Shown here piece after piece: positions 11,100 to 24,745 of a DNA stretch of 64,000 nt; positions within the stretch are counted from its first letter, which is position 1, and each line of letters starts with the position of its first letter. A program made the position numbers and the translations under genes. Location: contig OX597823.1 in the NCBI GenBank assembly GCA_951406725.2, positions 109,058,001 to 109,122,000 of the forward strand, read 5' to 3'. The stretch comes from Octopus vulgaris (taxonomy: Eukaryota). Under the pieces are notes generated by a model. It was not told the DNA's origin. It searched no databases and was given only the letters and a program-made list of their open reading frames with translations.

Positions 11100-12078
11100 T
11101 TATAAGGACGTATTCCCGTATTTGTCTGAGTGTTGGGTCTTTTGGGTGCTTGGATAAGATGCGGATGTCAAGTTGACCCAAGTTGCCTCCATGGTGGTCT
11201 TTGGCATGTTGGTAGAGTATGGAGGACTGTTTTTGTCGTCATACTGTCTCATATGTTCATTTATTCGTTCCGCAATGCTTCTAGATGTCTCCCCTATGTA
11301 CGCCATGTTCATTTCTTTACAAGCACCTTCTATGCATCTTATGCTGTAAACTACATTTCGAGTCCTACAGTTAATGCCAGGGTTAATCCTACATATCATG
11401 CAGTTATCATTGGTGCATATGGTATTCTTAAAGGGGTACGTCCTACATAGTTGTGATCTGACGGAGTTCCCTGGCTTTTCAACAATCTTAATGTTGAATT
11501 TGGTCTCCTTCAGAGCTTTTCTAAATCTACGGGCCAGTTCTCCATGGGTTGTGGCCCCTACAAACATCACTCCTTGATATTTGTCGGTTTTATACAACGT
11601 GTTCGCCCTGTTTGCTTTGTCACAAGTTCTTTTTATCCTATTCCATTCTTTGTTTCTATATCTAGGGCAGGTACGACTGATATTATTACGTATAATGTTG
11701 TCTAATTTCTTTCTAGCCCCCCTGTATACTCGAACCCTATATTTCTGATCATATCCAGGGAACTGCATGCGGTGCATGAAGTTCTGTATATGCTTTGTCA
11801 TCCCATAGGGTTCGCATAGTGGGGACACATTGTTCATTATTCTAACCAAGTCAGCTATCACTATGTTAATTATCATATTGTGTGACAAAGCTGAGTTCTT
11901 GTGAACAACATATTTTGAAGTTATGGGTTTCATTTAATAAGAGTGGAGGAGCTGCACTCTATTGTTCACAGTCTTTAACCAAAGTTCAGTATCAAGTACA
12001 GGGAGTCTGTTGTTGGGATGCTTGGTGAGGTAATCTATAGTTACCTTGATACTTTGGTGGATGGAGTTAGCTATTTGA
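11100..12078 (-). pseudogene. Penelope-like retroelement, 3' part of the RT plus GIY-YIG endonuclease
   Basis: RT C-terminal motif NRLPVLDT..HSY*MKP with an in-frame TAA at 11934-11936; Cys-rich linker CTNDNCMIC; GIY-YIG motif NVVYSIRC...AYIGETSRSIAERINEH; frameshifted C-terminus. Confidence 0.9.
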
Positions 12079-12439
12079 AACTGAGAAGAATGTAATGGAG
12101 AGCATCCGTGGATTTTATATTCAATACGTGTCATTATTTCTCTCTTTGAGCTTTGCCATTCATTCAGAATTATTCAAATCAGAGCTGAGTTTGCCTTAGT
12201 TTTGGAAGGCCAATATGATTTTTGAGACTGTAACCCTCGAAGCATTAATCAATTCGGTCACTAAAGCTCCAACCATCTGTGCTCCAACAAGTTTTACCTC
12301 ATTAGCAATTAAATAGATCACGCATTTTAATATATCTACTAAAAAGAATAAAAGTAGGACTCTATCATGAAGAGCAAGGCATATATAATGCATATGAACA
12401 CACGTACACATACACATATATACATATATATAAATATAC

Positions 12440-12498
<59 letters not shown>

Positions 12499-12510
12499 AT
12501 ATACATATAC

Positions 12511-12546
<36 letters not shown>

Positions 12547-12548
12547 GG

Positions 12549-12593
<45 letters not shown>

Positions 12594-12680
12594 AGAACAG
12601 TTCTACATTGGTGGCTTTACCAAAAGGAAACGGTTGTTAAATAGACAGTGGTTTTTCCCATTATTTTGTCCAACTTCTGT
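12079..12680 (-). mobile_element. Tc1-like transposon 5' remnant (TIR plus N-terminal HTH), interrupted by microsatellites
   Basis: Translation VGAQMVGALVTELINASRVTVSKIILAF resembles a Tc1 paired-like HTH; minus strand TA|CAGAAGTTGGACAAAATAATGGGAAAAAC at about 12652-12680 resembles a Tc1 TIR. Confidence 0.6.
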
Positions 12681-13299
12681 ATGCAAAATATATTCTAACA
12701 GGTAGATGTTTTACCTGTGTAATATGCACAAAATTTTGTGCCTTCTATGCCACGTATCACTAGAATAGTTTTCAGTCGTATAGTATCAGTATAGGTGTTC
12801 TGTTCTGAGAGAGATACCTAGTTAAAACTGTATGCATATCCCTCCTTGCTGCATAACAAATGTAACTGAATTATTATTGTGAGTATAAACTAAGTGAATG
12901 AACTTGAAATGTCAGGCGCTTTGAATATATTCCCTATTGTCGGCCCCCTTTTTTGTGCATTTTCTTAATTTGCAAGAACGATGTCAGTGTATCTGTTTGG
13001 TCTTAGGATGTTGAAATTAGTAATTCAGTTTTCTACTAAGTTTCATTTATTTTGACAAGCGATGATATGCAACGATTGAACTCTAACAAGAACGGTTTGA
13101 AAGGAACAAATGCATGTTAGTTAGCAGACTTTCTGTAAAATATTCAATGTTTTCTTTATTTAAAACTGGTTGTGTAGAATTTTATTTGTAGAAACTAACC
13201 TTAATCTCAGCAATATCGAAAATATTGAAATTGCGTTTCTTATTTAAAAATTAAACCCAATTAACATGAGAAGAGCGCGTATTAACTTATTCAGAAGAT

Positions 13300-13650
13300 G
13301 AGGAAGAGGCTCAGAGTGATTGCTTTGTACTCCAATATTTTTTTATTCGCGAACATTAACAAATTTAACAGGTACAACCCTAAAATACATAACACAATAA
13401 AGGTTTTCATAATCGTTGAAATTGTTAGGACTCCCAAACATAGATTATTTCCCATACGCGTGGCAGTGTTGATGCTTGTCAGAGTAATCTTTAACTGCTT
13501 CCAAAGGAAGTCCATTGGAGAGATGGCAAAGATTCATTCGTCCATACACTATTTCCATTAGTTCACAAACACTTTGCCTTTTCAACAGATGGCGCTTCTC
13601 TGAAACATCACGTGACACATCCCTCAGCAAGATGAACACCATAACCTGCT
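13300..13650 (-). pseudogene. Tc1/mariner-superfamily transposase C-terminal remnant
   Basis: HLSPMDFLWKQLK resembles the (S)PDLSP.DFFLWG.LK motif; otherwise degenerate. Confidence 0.4.
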
Positions 13651-13988
13651 CATTGCCCTTTTATTCTCAACAGACATTCATTAAATAATTTCCTCAATTC
13701 TTCTTCTTCTAACCCTAATTTTCACTACACTAAACTATAGATGTGCAACTTCAGTATCTCTAGTCTGTTCCCCAATGTCTCAAGTCTGTGAGAGCCCTTA
13801 AAGGTCAAACCTCTTCTATCGTCTACTTGCAAATTAAGTAATCAACATAAGCTCTACACAGCAAATTCTACAACGGTTTAGCTTAATAACCACTGCAGAT
13901 GTGTCTACATTCTGCTATTTAAATACTGCGTTCTTGTTATTAGGTCCACATGAACACGAATAGCTACAGTATTACTTCCACTATTATC

Positions 13989-14364
13989 GGTTTCAAATTT
14001 TGGCAAAAGGAGAAAGAGCTAGGTCGATCCCAGTGTGTAACTAGTACTTAATTTATTGACCCCGAAAGGATGAAAGGCAAAGTAGACATCAGCGGAATTT
14101 GCACTCAAAATGTAAAGATGGTCGAATACCTATCTCTTTACTACCCACAAGGGGCTAAACACAGAGGGGACAAACAAGGACAGACAAACGGTTTAAGTCG
14201 ATTACATCGACCCCAGCGCGTAACTGGTACTTATTTAATCGACCTCGAAAGGATGAAAGGCAAAGTCGATCTCGGCGGAATTTGAACTCAGAACGTAGCG
14301 GCAGACGAAATACCGCTAAGTAGTTTACCTGGTGTGCTAAAGATTCTGCCAGCTCGCCGTCTTA
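13989..14364 (-). mobile_element. SINE family 1 dimer (young body inside an old copy)
   Basis: Two cores; junction AAAGAGATA|GGTATT at about 14126-14140; outer TSD ACTTCCACTA(T/A)TATC (13974-13988, 14365-14379). Confidence 0.85.
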
Positions 14365-14817
14365 ACTTCCACTAATATCAACACATGAACCATTCCTCTA
14401 TAAACCAGTTTACTCCAAACCACTCACGACTGTCTTTGGCAGAAAACATTTAGTGAGCCATATGTATGTAACAATAAGTACTGTCACCTACAGAACCAGA
14501 AAACACACCACCAAAGTTAACATTAGGATATACCTTTAGCTGCTATATATCTTTAATTACCAAAATGCACTCAACAAGCCACAATACACTCATAAGCAAG
14601 CAATAAAACTAACTGCAATAACATGGACACTGGGATTACCGGTTAAACTACATGATTTTGAGTTCGATCCGACAGCGTCGTACGTTAAACGTATGTCTCC
14701 TACGATAGTCTTCGGTTGACCAAATAATTGTGTGTGAAATTTGATGGACGGAAATTCGGAAACTCAAGACATGCTTTTGTGCGGCAGAGTTAATATTCCA
14801 CCAAGTTTGATATTACG

Positions 14818-15218
14818 TATTTCTTTACTACCCACAGAGGGGAAAAAGGACAGACAAACGGATTAAATCGATTATATCGACCCCAGTGCGTAACTGGTAC
14901 TTATTTAATCGACCCCGAAAGGATGAAAGGCAAAGTCGACTTCGGCGGAATTTGAACTCAGAACATAGCGGCAGACGAAATACCTATTTTTTTATTACCC
15001 ACAAGGGGCTAAACAGAGAGGGGACAAACAAGGACAGACATAGGTATTAAGTCGATTACATCGACCCCAGTGCGTAACTGGTACTTAATTTATCGACCCC
15101 GAAAGGATGAAAGGCAAAGTCGACTTCGGCGGAATTTGAACTCAGAACATAGCGGCAGACGAAATACCGCTAATCATTTCGCCCGGCGTGCTAACGTTTC
15201 TGCCAGCTCGCCGCCTTA
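14818..15218 (-). mobile_element. SINE family 1 dimer
   Basis: Two cores with the same junction near 14980. Confidence 0.9.
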
Positions 15219-15790
15219 CAAGTTTGATACTACCGCGTGGCTACTGGATGCTATTATCGCGTATAGTTTGTTGCAGGTATTGAGGCTAGATCTCCGTGGT
15301 AAGGCTAATATATTCCATTCCTTCCATTAGATTAGGTGGGCCTGAAACTGTCATAGGAGTTGTCTTCCTGCTGGCCTTCGGACAAAACGATAACAGCAAA
15401 TTATGTTAAATATGTTCCACAAGCACTACAAAGTAGGGTCAACATAACACTCATACGCAAACATACACACATGTATGTATATGTATATTTGCCTATATAC
15501 GTATGTGTGGAGGCGTTTTTTTTTTTTTTTTTTGAGTAAGCATGTATGGTCAGATTGTCCACAGCTGCAGTTGAAGGGGATTATGAAACACCACATTCGT
15601 CATAGCAGGACACATACATGCACATATCTATACACACACACATACACTCATACACGCACAAATAAAAACATAAACACAAACACACACTGGAATTGCAATA
15701 CTATAACACAGCTATAACCTCATCGAAACTTATAGTAAACTACCATAACTACGTTTGAAACAGGCCCTCAAGTATCACTCTAAAACACCC

Positions 15791-16021
15791 ATTTCTTTAC
15801 TACTCGCAAGGGGCTAAACACCGAGAGAACAAACAAAAACAGACAAACTGATTAAGTCGATTATATCGACCCCAGTACGTAACTGGTATTTATTTAAACG
15901 AACCCGAGAGGATGAAAGGTAAAGTCGACTTCGGCGGAATTTGAACTCAGAACGTAGCGGCAGACGAAATACTGCTAAGCATTTCGGCCGGCGTGCTAAC
16001 GATTCTGCCAGCTCACCGCCT
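15791..16021 (-). mobile_element. SINE family 1, full length
   Basis: Reverse complement of the family consensus from head to tail. Confidence 0.9.
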
Positions 16022-16291
16022 GATCACTCTAAAATAACACACACTTATAAGTACCATAAACCATCAAATATAACAACATATAATACACGTCCCAACACAA
16101 GAGACCACGATCCGTACAACCACATTCCATAAGAGAAAAAGCGCACGTCAAAGAACATCAGTATGACAAATATCACCACACATCTCTTAACACTACCACA
16201 CCGCAACCATTACCTCAATTACCACCATCATCAGCTGCACCCACTGTTCACCGCATTAAGCGAGCGAAGGGAGGTGCAATGTTGAAAATAT

Positions 16292-16305
16292 ATTGCCATG
16301 GCAAC
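16292..16305. promoter_or_regulatory. Candidate RFX X-box
   Basis: ATTGCCATGGCAAC matches 13 of 14 positions of the palindrome GTTGCCATGGCAAC, in non-repetitive sequence. Confidence 0.3.
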
Positions 16306-16664
16306 AAGATTTAACAAGCATTTCCTTAAATATCAACGAAAATTAAGTTATTACTTTAATTTCCCACTTGACAAGTTGTGTAAGCGATCCATACAAATGG
16401 CAGTGTTGTGTCACTAGCGGTTGAACACCACACCGTCTTTCAGCGCCATCATATTAATGTAAACACACCAAACACTACATAGGCACAACACCGCACCTAT
16501 GTAAACACATACACAGACTGACCATATATGATTATTCAAAAAAGATCTAGAAATATATACACATACGTGCGTGCGTTCGTGCGTGGCGTGTGTGTGTGTG
16601 TGTGTGTGTATTATAAATATATACATATACAAATGTACACACATATATATATATACAATATATG

Positions 16665-16708
<44 letters not shown>

Positions 16709-16829
16709 TACATAGACGCACACATAAAAATACATAGCTATTCCTCTATACATATATGTGTGTGTGTATATGTTTGTGTGTGTGTATATATATATATATA
16801 TGGAGAGATGGAGAGAGAGAGAGAGAGAG

Positions 16830-17655
16830 AGGCCCCCGAAAAGTATACGAATATTGAAAGATTATAATGTCATTGGTTATTTGATTTCAAAACTTAATAG
16901 AATCTAAATCTATTGATAGAATTTAATTGTTTTGTGAACGCCAGTTTTCAACGTGAAGACGGTTCTAGCCCGAGCACTTCTGACATCGCAAAGTAATGGA
17001 TTCGCAAAAAGCAAGAAGCAGTTCGTTAGGTATATGTGCAGATTCTCATTCAATGAGTGCCACACTTCGCTGACTTTCTAATTTAATATCGTCCTAAAAA
17101 GTGTTGCGGGCTGAAGGACGGTGAACACAGAATGTATTCTATTGAACTACTTCGTTCCATCGTTAAACCTCGTCAATGTAGGCCCGTACATTAATTACTA
17201 CAGCAATGTTCGAGTTCCCCATCTGGGTAGAAATAAAACTACTTAGCATGGGACGGATTCAAAATGCGGAGGACACTTGAATTTGAATTTCATATCCCAC
17301 GACTTACTTGCAGCTCAGATATTTCTGAACACTTACAAGACGTTTCTAGTATCCTTCCTTGACTTCTGGAGCTCATCGATGTATGAGTGGTCTTTCTAAA
17401 CGTTCTTTTGAACATTCTGAACAGCGCCATCTACTTCAAGCTTATCACTAATTTGTTGTGTTGGTGGATCTGTTTAAAATTCTACCTTGAGCTATCTTTG
17501 CACTTCGATTGCGTTTTCAATCTTTCAGTAGGAATTTAGAGTAAATTTCCTTTGATCAAAGTTTAGACAGACCCAACATTTTTGATGGGTTACATTCAAG
17601 GAAGAATGAAAATTGAGTTATCATGTGTTAAACGGTGTATATATTTTGAGGGGAT
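16830..17655 (-). mobile_element. Degenerate Tc1/mariner-superfamily transposon (DUF4817-type N-terminal HTH)
   Basis: Minus translation LNFDQRKFTLNSY*KIENAIEVQR*LKVEF*TDPPT...DKLEVDGAVQNVQK; the two ends are weakly inverted (CCCCCGAAAAGTATAC / GTATATATTTTGAGGGG). Confidence 0.6.
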
Positions 17656-17977
17656 GTGTATATGTGTGTATATGTGATGGAGAGGTTGTGTGTCTGTGTC
17701 AATAGTGATAATCAAAAACGTAAATATATTGAGAAGACGCAAGAACGGGGAAGTACACGTTTATACGGAAGGGATGTGCAATTGACAATACGAAGAACAA
17801 CAAAGAAAATAACATCAACTTGACAAAAAAATATGAAAACAGAATCACAATGAAAAATATATCTGCAACATCACCCCGGAAATATATTATAGATAGATAG
17901 ATGGAAAGATAGATAGAAATATAGATATATATATAGATAGAAAGGTACATATATACATACATACATACATACATACA

Positions 17978-18009
<32 letters not shown>

Positions 18010-18219
18010 CACGTGTACATATATATGCATGCATAAGTATCTATCTATCTGTCTATACATACATATAAATAAATAATATATATACATATGTTTATATATT
18101 ATTTATATGTTTATATATATTTATATAAATAAGGATAAGATCGTTATTTAAATACCGATCATATCAGGCGGCCAGCATGGAAATAAAAACCTTCAAACGT
18201 AATAATTATCAAAAAAATT

Positions 18220-18557
18220 ATAATTTAGGGTATCTAAGAGATACCACCACGCTGGAAATAGCAGCCAAAACTTGACTCTAAAACCACATTAAATGTTCAT
18301 ACATCACCAGGAGAAAAGACAAAGAGACAAAATAAACTAGCAATAAACTAGTACTATCTGAGTATATTCCACTGATGAAGGCAAAGCATTTATTGTGCAG
18401 AGTCAGAAACCCGGGATCTGGAATTATCCAGTAATTTTTTGCTAGTTTATTTTGTCTCTTTATCTCCTGGTGCTGAATGAATATTCGATGCGGTTTTAGA
18501 GTCAAGTTTTGGCTCCTATTTCCAGCGTGGTGGTATCACTTAGATAACCTAAATTAT
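18220..18557. repeat. Long inverted repeat (foldback), arms about 18220-18343 and 18439-18557
   Basis: Arms are reverse complements with about 9 substitutions and one short indel. Confidence 0.95.
18366..18424 (+). ncRNA. Type I hammerhead ribozyme motif in the foldback loop
   Basis: Stem I ATTCCA/TGGAAT; CTGATGA; stem II GGC..GCA(loop)TGC..GTC; GAAA; palindromic CCCGGG stem III; AUC triplet ending at 18418. Confidence 0.65.
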
Positions 18558-18590
18558 GATTTTAATATGTTTATATATATGTTTATATAT

Positions 18591-19007
18591 AGGCGCAGGA
18601 TTGGCTGTGTTATAAGTAGCTTGCTAACCAACCACATGGTTCCGGGTTCAGTCCCACTGCGTGGCATCTTGGGTAAGTGTCTTCTGCTATAGCCCCGGGC
18701 CGACCAATGCCTTGTGAGTGGATTTGGTAGACATAAACTGAAAGAAGCCTGTCATATATATGTATATATATATAAGTGTGTGTGTATGTGTTTGTGTGTC
18801 TGTGTTTGTCCCCCTAGCATTGCTTGACAACCGATGCTGGTGTGTTGACGTCCCCGTCACTTAGCGGTTCGGCAAAACAGAGCGATAGATTAAGTACTGG
18901 GCATCCAAAGAATAAGTCCCGGGGTCGATTTGCTCGACTAAAGGCGGTGCTCCAGGATGGCCGCAGTCAATTCACTGAAACAAGTAAAAGAGTAAAGAGT
19001 AAAAGAG
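18591..19007 (+). mobile_element. tRNA-derived SINE family 2, full length
   Basis: Head GGCGCAGGA.TGGCTGTGT, B-box GGTTCAGTCCC, internal (TA)/(TG) microsatellite, tail CTGAAACAAGTAAAAGAG. Confidence 0.9.
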
Positions 19008-19029
19008 TATATATATATATATGATATAT

Positions 19030-19335
19030 AAAAAATACAAAGAAAAACAAGTACGGGTCATTCGGAGTTTTCTTTCCTCAGTCGAGTTCCAGATTATTTT
19101 TGCAATTTCGGCTGGCTATACACGAGATTGAGCCATTCTGGCCAGCCCCAAGGAAAAACTAAGCTAAGAGTATTAGATTCCTTGGATGAAAACAACGAAT
19201 GTATAAGAAAACAAGGACGGAAAAAAACGGAGAATGTTACACAAATACAAACAACAGGACATAACAACAGGTGTCTTTCGACTAAGGTCGAATTAAATTA
19301 TGCTGGCGTGTGTGTAAGTAAAGCCTTACGGCAGG
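19030..19335. mobile_element. Interspersed repeat family B, copy 2
   Basis: Collinear with 7050-7440; flanked by (TA)n. Confidence 0.8.
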
Positions 19336-19356
19336 AATATATCTATATACACATAT

Positions 19357-19470
<114 letters not shown>

Positions 19471-19850
19471 TATACATACACACACATATATGTATATAAT
19501 GCACGCACACACTCATTCATTTATAGTTATGAAGAACAATATGTAAAACATCAATAAGAGTAACAATTTTGATAATTACCAGAAGATTCGATTACAATGC
19601 AAAATTTATCAGGTTGACATCAACAGTGAAAAGTAACTTATCTCTGTCATACTCTCTTTGTGCCCCTATCCATCTCTCCCTATATAAGATATATATAGAG
19701 TAAAAGGGACACACGTGTGCACGCACGCACATACACACATACACACACATATATATACATACATACATACATACATACATACACACATACATATAAACAT
19801 ATACATTTGTATATATGTGCATAATTATAATTGTATATGTATTTTTTTAG

Positions 19851-20283
19851 TCTTTTACTTGTTTTAGTCATTTGACTGCGGCCATGCGACAGCACTGCAT
19901 TTAGTCGAACAAATCGACTCCTGGACTTAATCTTTGTAAGCCTAGTACTTATTCTGTCGGTCTCTTTTGCCTAACCGCTAAGTTACTGTTGTAAAGCGAT
20001 GGTGGTGGACACACACAGACACACAAACATGTATAGCCCCTTATACATGTGTACGTGCATGTGTGTAGAAATGTATATAAACATACACACACACACATAC
20101 ACACATATATGTATAATTTTATATATACGACAGGCTTCTTTCAGTTTCCGCTTACTATCCACTCAGAAGGCTTCGGTTGGCCCGAGGCAACAAGACACTT
20201 GCCCAAGCTGCCACGCAGTGGGACTGAACCCAGCACCATGTGGTTGGTAAGCAAGTTACTTACCACGCAGCGACTCCTGCGCC

Positions 20284-20284
<1 letters not shown>
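19851..20284 (-). mobile_element. SINE family 2, full length
   Basis: Reverse complement of 18591-19007. Confidence 0.9.
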
Positions 20285-20336
<52 letters not shown>

Positions 20337-20590
20337 ATATATATACATATATGTATATATGTGTGTGTGTGTATATACATATTTGCAAATACCGATAGGG
20401 CACAGAAAGTGTGCCTATAGCCAGCTGGAGGAGATGTTCTCCTGGGGCTTCATGCTACAGTAACACCCACCCTTAATGGTTAGCCATATTGAGATGGCAA
20501 GTATACCTCACGTTGTCGAGCAGTTACTGTTTATACCTCGTTCAGAGATTTACTATTGCTTATATATATATATATATATAAGATATATAA

Positions 20591-20738
<148 letters not shown>

Positions 20739-20981
20739 GTATAAATATAGCTATGTATTATACATATGTATACATACACACACACACACACACATGCATG
20801 TACACACATACACAGACAAATAGAATAATTAGCCAAAAACATTTTAAAAGACTAAAGTCAAATGACTTTCTAATGGTGACCATTAAATACTACGTCACTC
20901 TAAGGACTCTGTCCTTGTAAGCGTACATACATATATATATATATGTATATATAAATATATGTGTATGTATATATGTATGTG

Positions 20982-21019
<38 letters not shown>

Positions 21020-21130
21020 TAGATAGATAGATAGATAGATTGATAGATATGCATAAATATTTATACTTAAATATGTGTGCACATGTATTTGTACAAATGT
21101 ATATATACGTGCCTATGGATGTTGTGTGCA

Positions 21131-21176
<46 letters not shown>

Positions 21177-22179
21177 CATATATATATATATATATATATA
21201 TGTAATAAATATATGTATATTTTATATATGTGTGTGTTTATGTATATACATACATATATATGTTTATACATATATATGTATACCCACACATACACATACA
21301 CTCACATTCACACACACATATGTATACACACATGCACATACACACGCACACACATGTATAAGTTGCTATATACGTTTTGTTGGTACGCATGAAAATAATG
21401 AGCAATTAGAAGCAAATTACAACACATTGTAGATTATACTTGATAATAGATGTGAATTTATCAACGCAAATGAGATACATATATATATATATTTAAAAAT
21501 TTTTTTCTTGTGGCGTTTTGTATTCCGTTGTTTAATTGTTATAATTGTCTATTTATTAGTTTTATGTTTGTGTTTAGTATAGCTTTTCCTGTATAATTGT
21601 TGTTGTTCTCGTTTAAGTGGATTCCTTTTAATCAAGTCAGACATATAAATCATCAACTGAAAATGTCAATCTTCAAAGGTCAACACTGGATTTTCTTACA
21701 CACTTTTTGTTTCTATTCTATTTGAATTTGTGCGCTTTTGCTATATCAGTTGTTGTTGTTTATGGTGTTGTTGTTGTCGTCGTTATCGTTCTTGTTTCGT
21801 TTGCAAACTTTGCAAATGAATAAAATAACATAATCATAATTAGCTCTATTCTCTAACGAGTGTGACGATCATGTTCGTGGTGATGATGATGATGATGACG
21901 ACGACGACGACGAGGGTAACAGCGACAACGACGCCGACGACGAGGATGATGTCGACTCTGTTGATGATGTCGATGATGAAGAAAATTTGACGAAAATTTG
22001 AATAGAAGAAGAGTTGGCTGCTATTTCTGGCTGGTCAAATAAAGATGTAGAGTCTCTTGCTGCTGGGGCAAAAAAAACATTAAGTGATATTCTTTGTATT
22101 TAGATTAGAAACAAGTATATGCTTACGGTGCTCGGGGCTCCATCTGGGGATCAGATTTACTCAAGGACCCATACACGTT

Positions 22180-22595
22180 ACTGGCGATCTGGCAGAAACG
22201 TTAGCACGCCGGGCGAAATGTGTCGCCGTATTTCATCTGCCGCTACGTTCTGAGTTCAAATTCCACTGAGGTTGACTTTGCCTTTCATCCTTTCGGGGTC
22301 GATAAATTAAGTACCCTTTACGCACTGGGGTCGATGTAATCGACTTAATCCGTTTGTCTGTCCTTGTTTGTCCCCTCTGTGTTTAGCCCCTTGTGGGTAG
22401 TAAAGAAATAGGTATTTCGTCTGCCGCTATGTTCTGAGTTCAAATTCCGCTAAGGTCGACTTTGCCTTTCATCGTTTCAGGTTCGATAAATTAAGTACCA
22501 GTTACGCACTGGGGTCGATGTAATCGACTTAATCTGTCTGTCTGTCTTTGTTTGTATCCTCTGTGTTTAGCCCCTTGTGGGTAGTAAAGAAATAG
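22180..22595 (+). mobile_element. SINE family 1 dimer
   Basis: Junction AAAGAAATA|GGTATTTCGTCTGCC at 22410/22411. Confidence 0.9.
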
Positions 22596-24576
22596 GTATA
22601 TATTTCATTGACAATCCGAGCTTTGAGACGAAAATAAATTAGACTTTAGCGAGATTTGAAACGAGAATGCAAGTGAAAGCGCTGAAAACTGTGATATACT
22701 CTGTACAGATGTCTTTTTTAGCACAGACCGACATTTCATTGCAACAACATTGTTCACAAGATGATCTAATCAAAATCCCCGAGCCTACAGATATTCTCTT
22801 ATGTATCAACTCATAACTGCTCCCATTATGTTGGAAATTATGCTGAAAGTAATGATATAGCACGGGAGATCTGCAGCAAATCCTTCCACCCATTTTGGTC
22901 GCTAAATTTTCCTTTTAAGTCCACCGTTGAGGTCTTGAACAAAACCGTTGACCTCGTTTGCTCTATAGACCTATTCACTAATTATGGATCGCGGGTCTAC
23001 ATCTACGTTTCATCATCTTATCGATTAGAATAATTCTTGTACGTAGCACTATAACAACGTGTTTTACCAGCGTAAGACACTCTACACAGCTGGTTGCCCT
23101 GCTTGAAATAGCCGCCGTATCTCCCTCAAACCTCTCTTTACTGCCTTGAGAAGGAAGGGTACAGAATTCTTCAAACTTAAATATATACTCTATTAGGTGT
23201 GAAAGGATCTTGAAGGTAACAATAACATCAACAACATACTTACATACTGTAGAACCATAGCACATAATGTACAAGGCTTTCTCCAACTAGTGTAGCACGA
23301 GCAAAAGAAGATAAGCCGGTCAAGCAGCCGAAAGTGAAAGTAATTATTTAACACTAACTGCTCTAACTATACTAATGACAACAGAATCAACAGTGAGAGC
23401 AATTACGAAATCAACAGTAGCTAGTCAGGACCACGCTTTATAAAATGATTCTAAACTTCACTGTAAAGTATATAATACGTAACACTGAAAATCTTTAGTC
23501 CCATATTATTTAATACATCTCTCTCTCTCTCCCAACATGTCTGCCTCTCAGATGAAAAGGTTTCGGTTATTTAGATGATGCTAGGTTGCTGACCTCTAAA
23601 TCAATGCCTCTTTTTTAGCCAGGATTAGGGTCAGCTGATATTTTCATTTCATTGACAATAACGAAGCAGAGATCAACCGATAAATCTTACTTGAGAGTGA
23701 AAGGCAAATTTAAGCCCTGATCTATTTGAACTCAGAAAGTAAAGAGCAGGTGAAATACCCTGGGTATTTGCACAATAGTAATGACGATGTCTGTCTATCT
23801 GTTTGGCGCTCTCTCTCTCTCTCTTTCGTTCTCTCTCTCTCTCTTTCGTTCTCTCTCTTTCTTTCTCCCCCCTCTCTCTCATTCACACGCAGACAAGAAC
23901 TCAAAAATCCTACCTCATTGACAATTTAGAAGATTTCCACAAAAAGCGATAAAAGAAGTAAGTATATACCGATATACATACACATCCTAAATAAGTAAGT
24001 AGGGGAGGGAGAGAGAGAGGGAGAGAGAGAGAGAGAGGGAGAGAGAGAGAGGGAGAGAGAGAGACAGTGAAACAGAATCAGAAAGAAATAGAGTGATTGA
24101 GAAACAGAGAGAGACGGTATCAGAGAGAAGGAACGAGAGAAATAATAAATAAAAACACATGTGCGTATGTTTTTAGTAACCACAATTTTTTTGTCTCTCT
24201 ATGGAAAGTAAAGAGTAAACATGGCGGCGGGACAACCTGTTTTGCTCTCTGAGTGCAGAGAAGATCGTTTTAGATAGTTTCAAAGAGAGTTCGTGTAAGA
24301 CCTGTAGCTTATTTTCTGTCCACATAGAGAACAGTACCTGAAAACTACTTAATATTAAAATCAATACTATGGAAAAGAAATTGATGTGTCTCATTTGCAT
24401 TATAGTAGAACTGGGAAAATTAATTTATTAATTAATCCTTGTTGATTAATTTTCCGTATAGCTCTAGGGTAACTGCAATTTACTAAATCCTACCCTTGCT
24501 CGTAAGTTTTCCGTACAACTCCATTATCATACCGCTATGCAGTAATAATGCACAAACATACAGACAGACACACACA

Positions 24577-24610
<34 letters not shown>

Positions 24611-24745
24611 CATACATGCATACATACATACATATATACATACATGCATACATACATACATACATGCATACATACATACATACATACATATATACATACA
24701 TGCATACATACATACATACATACATACATACATACATACACATAT

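Noticed and set aside
22639-23286. Minus-strand ORFs of 84 and 102 aa
   Set aside because: No recognisable motifs; probably decayed transposon or chance ORFs.
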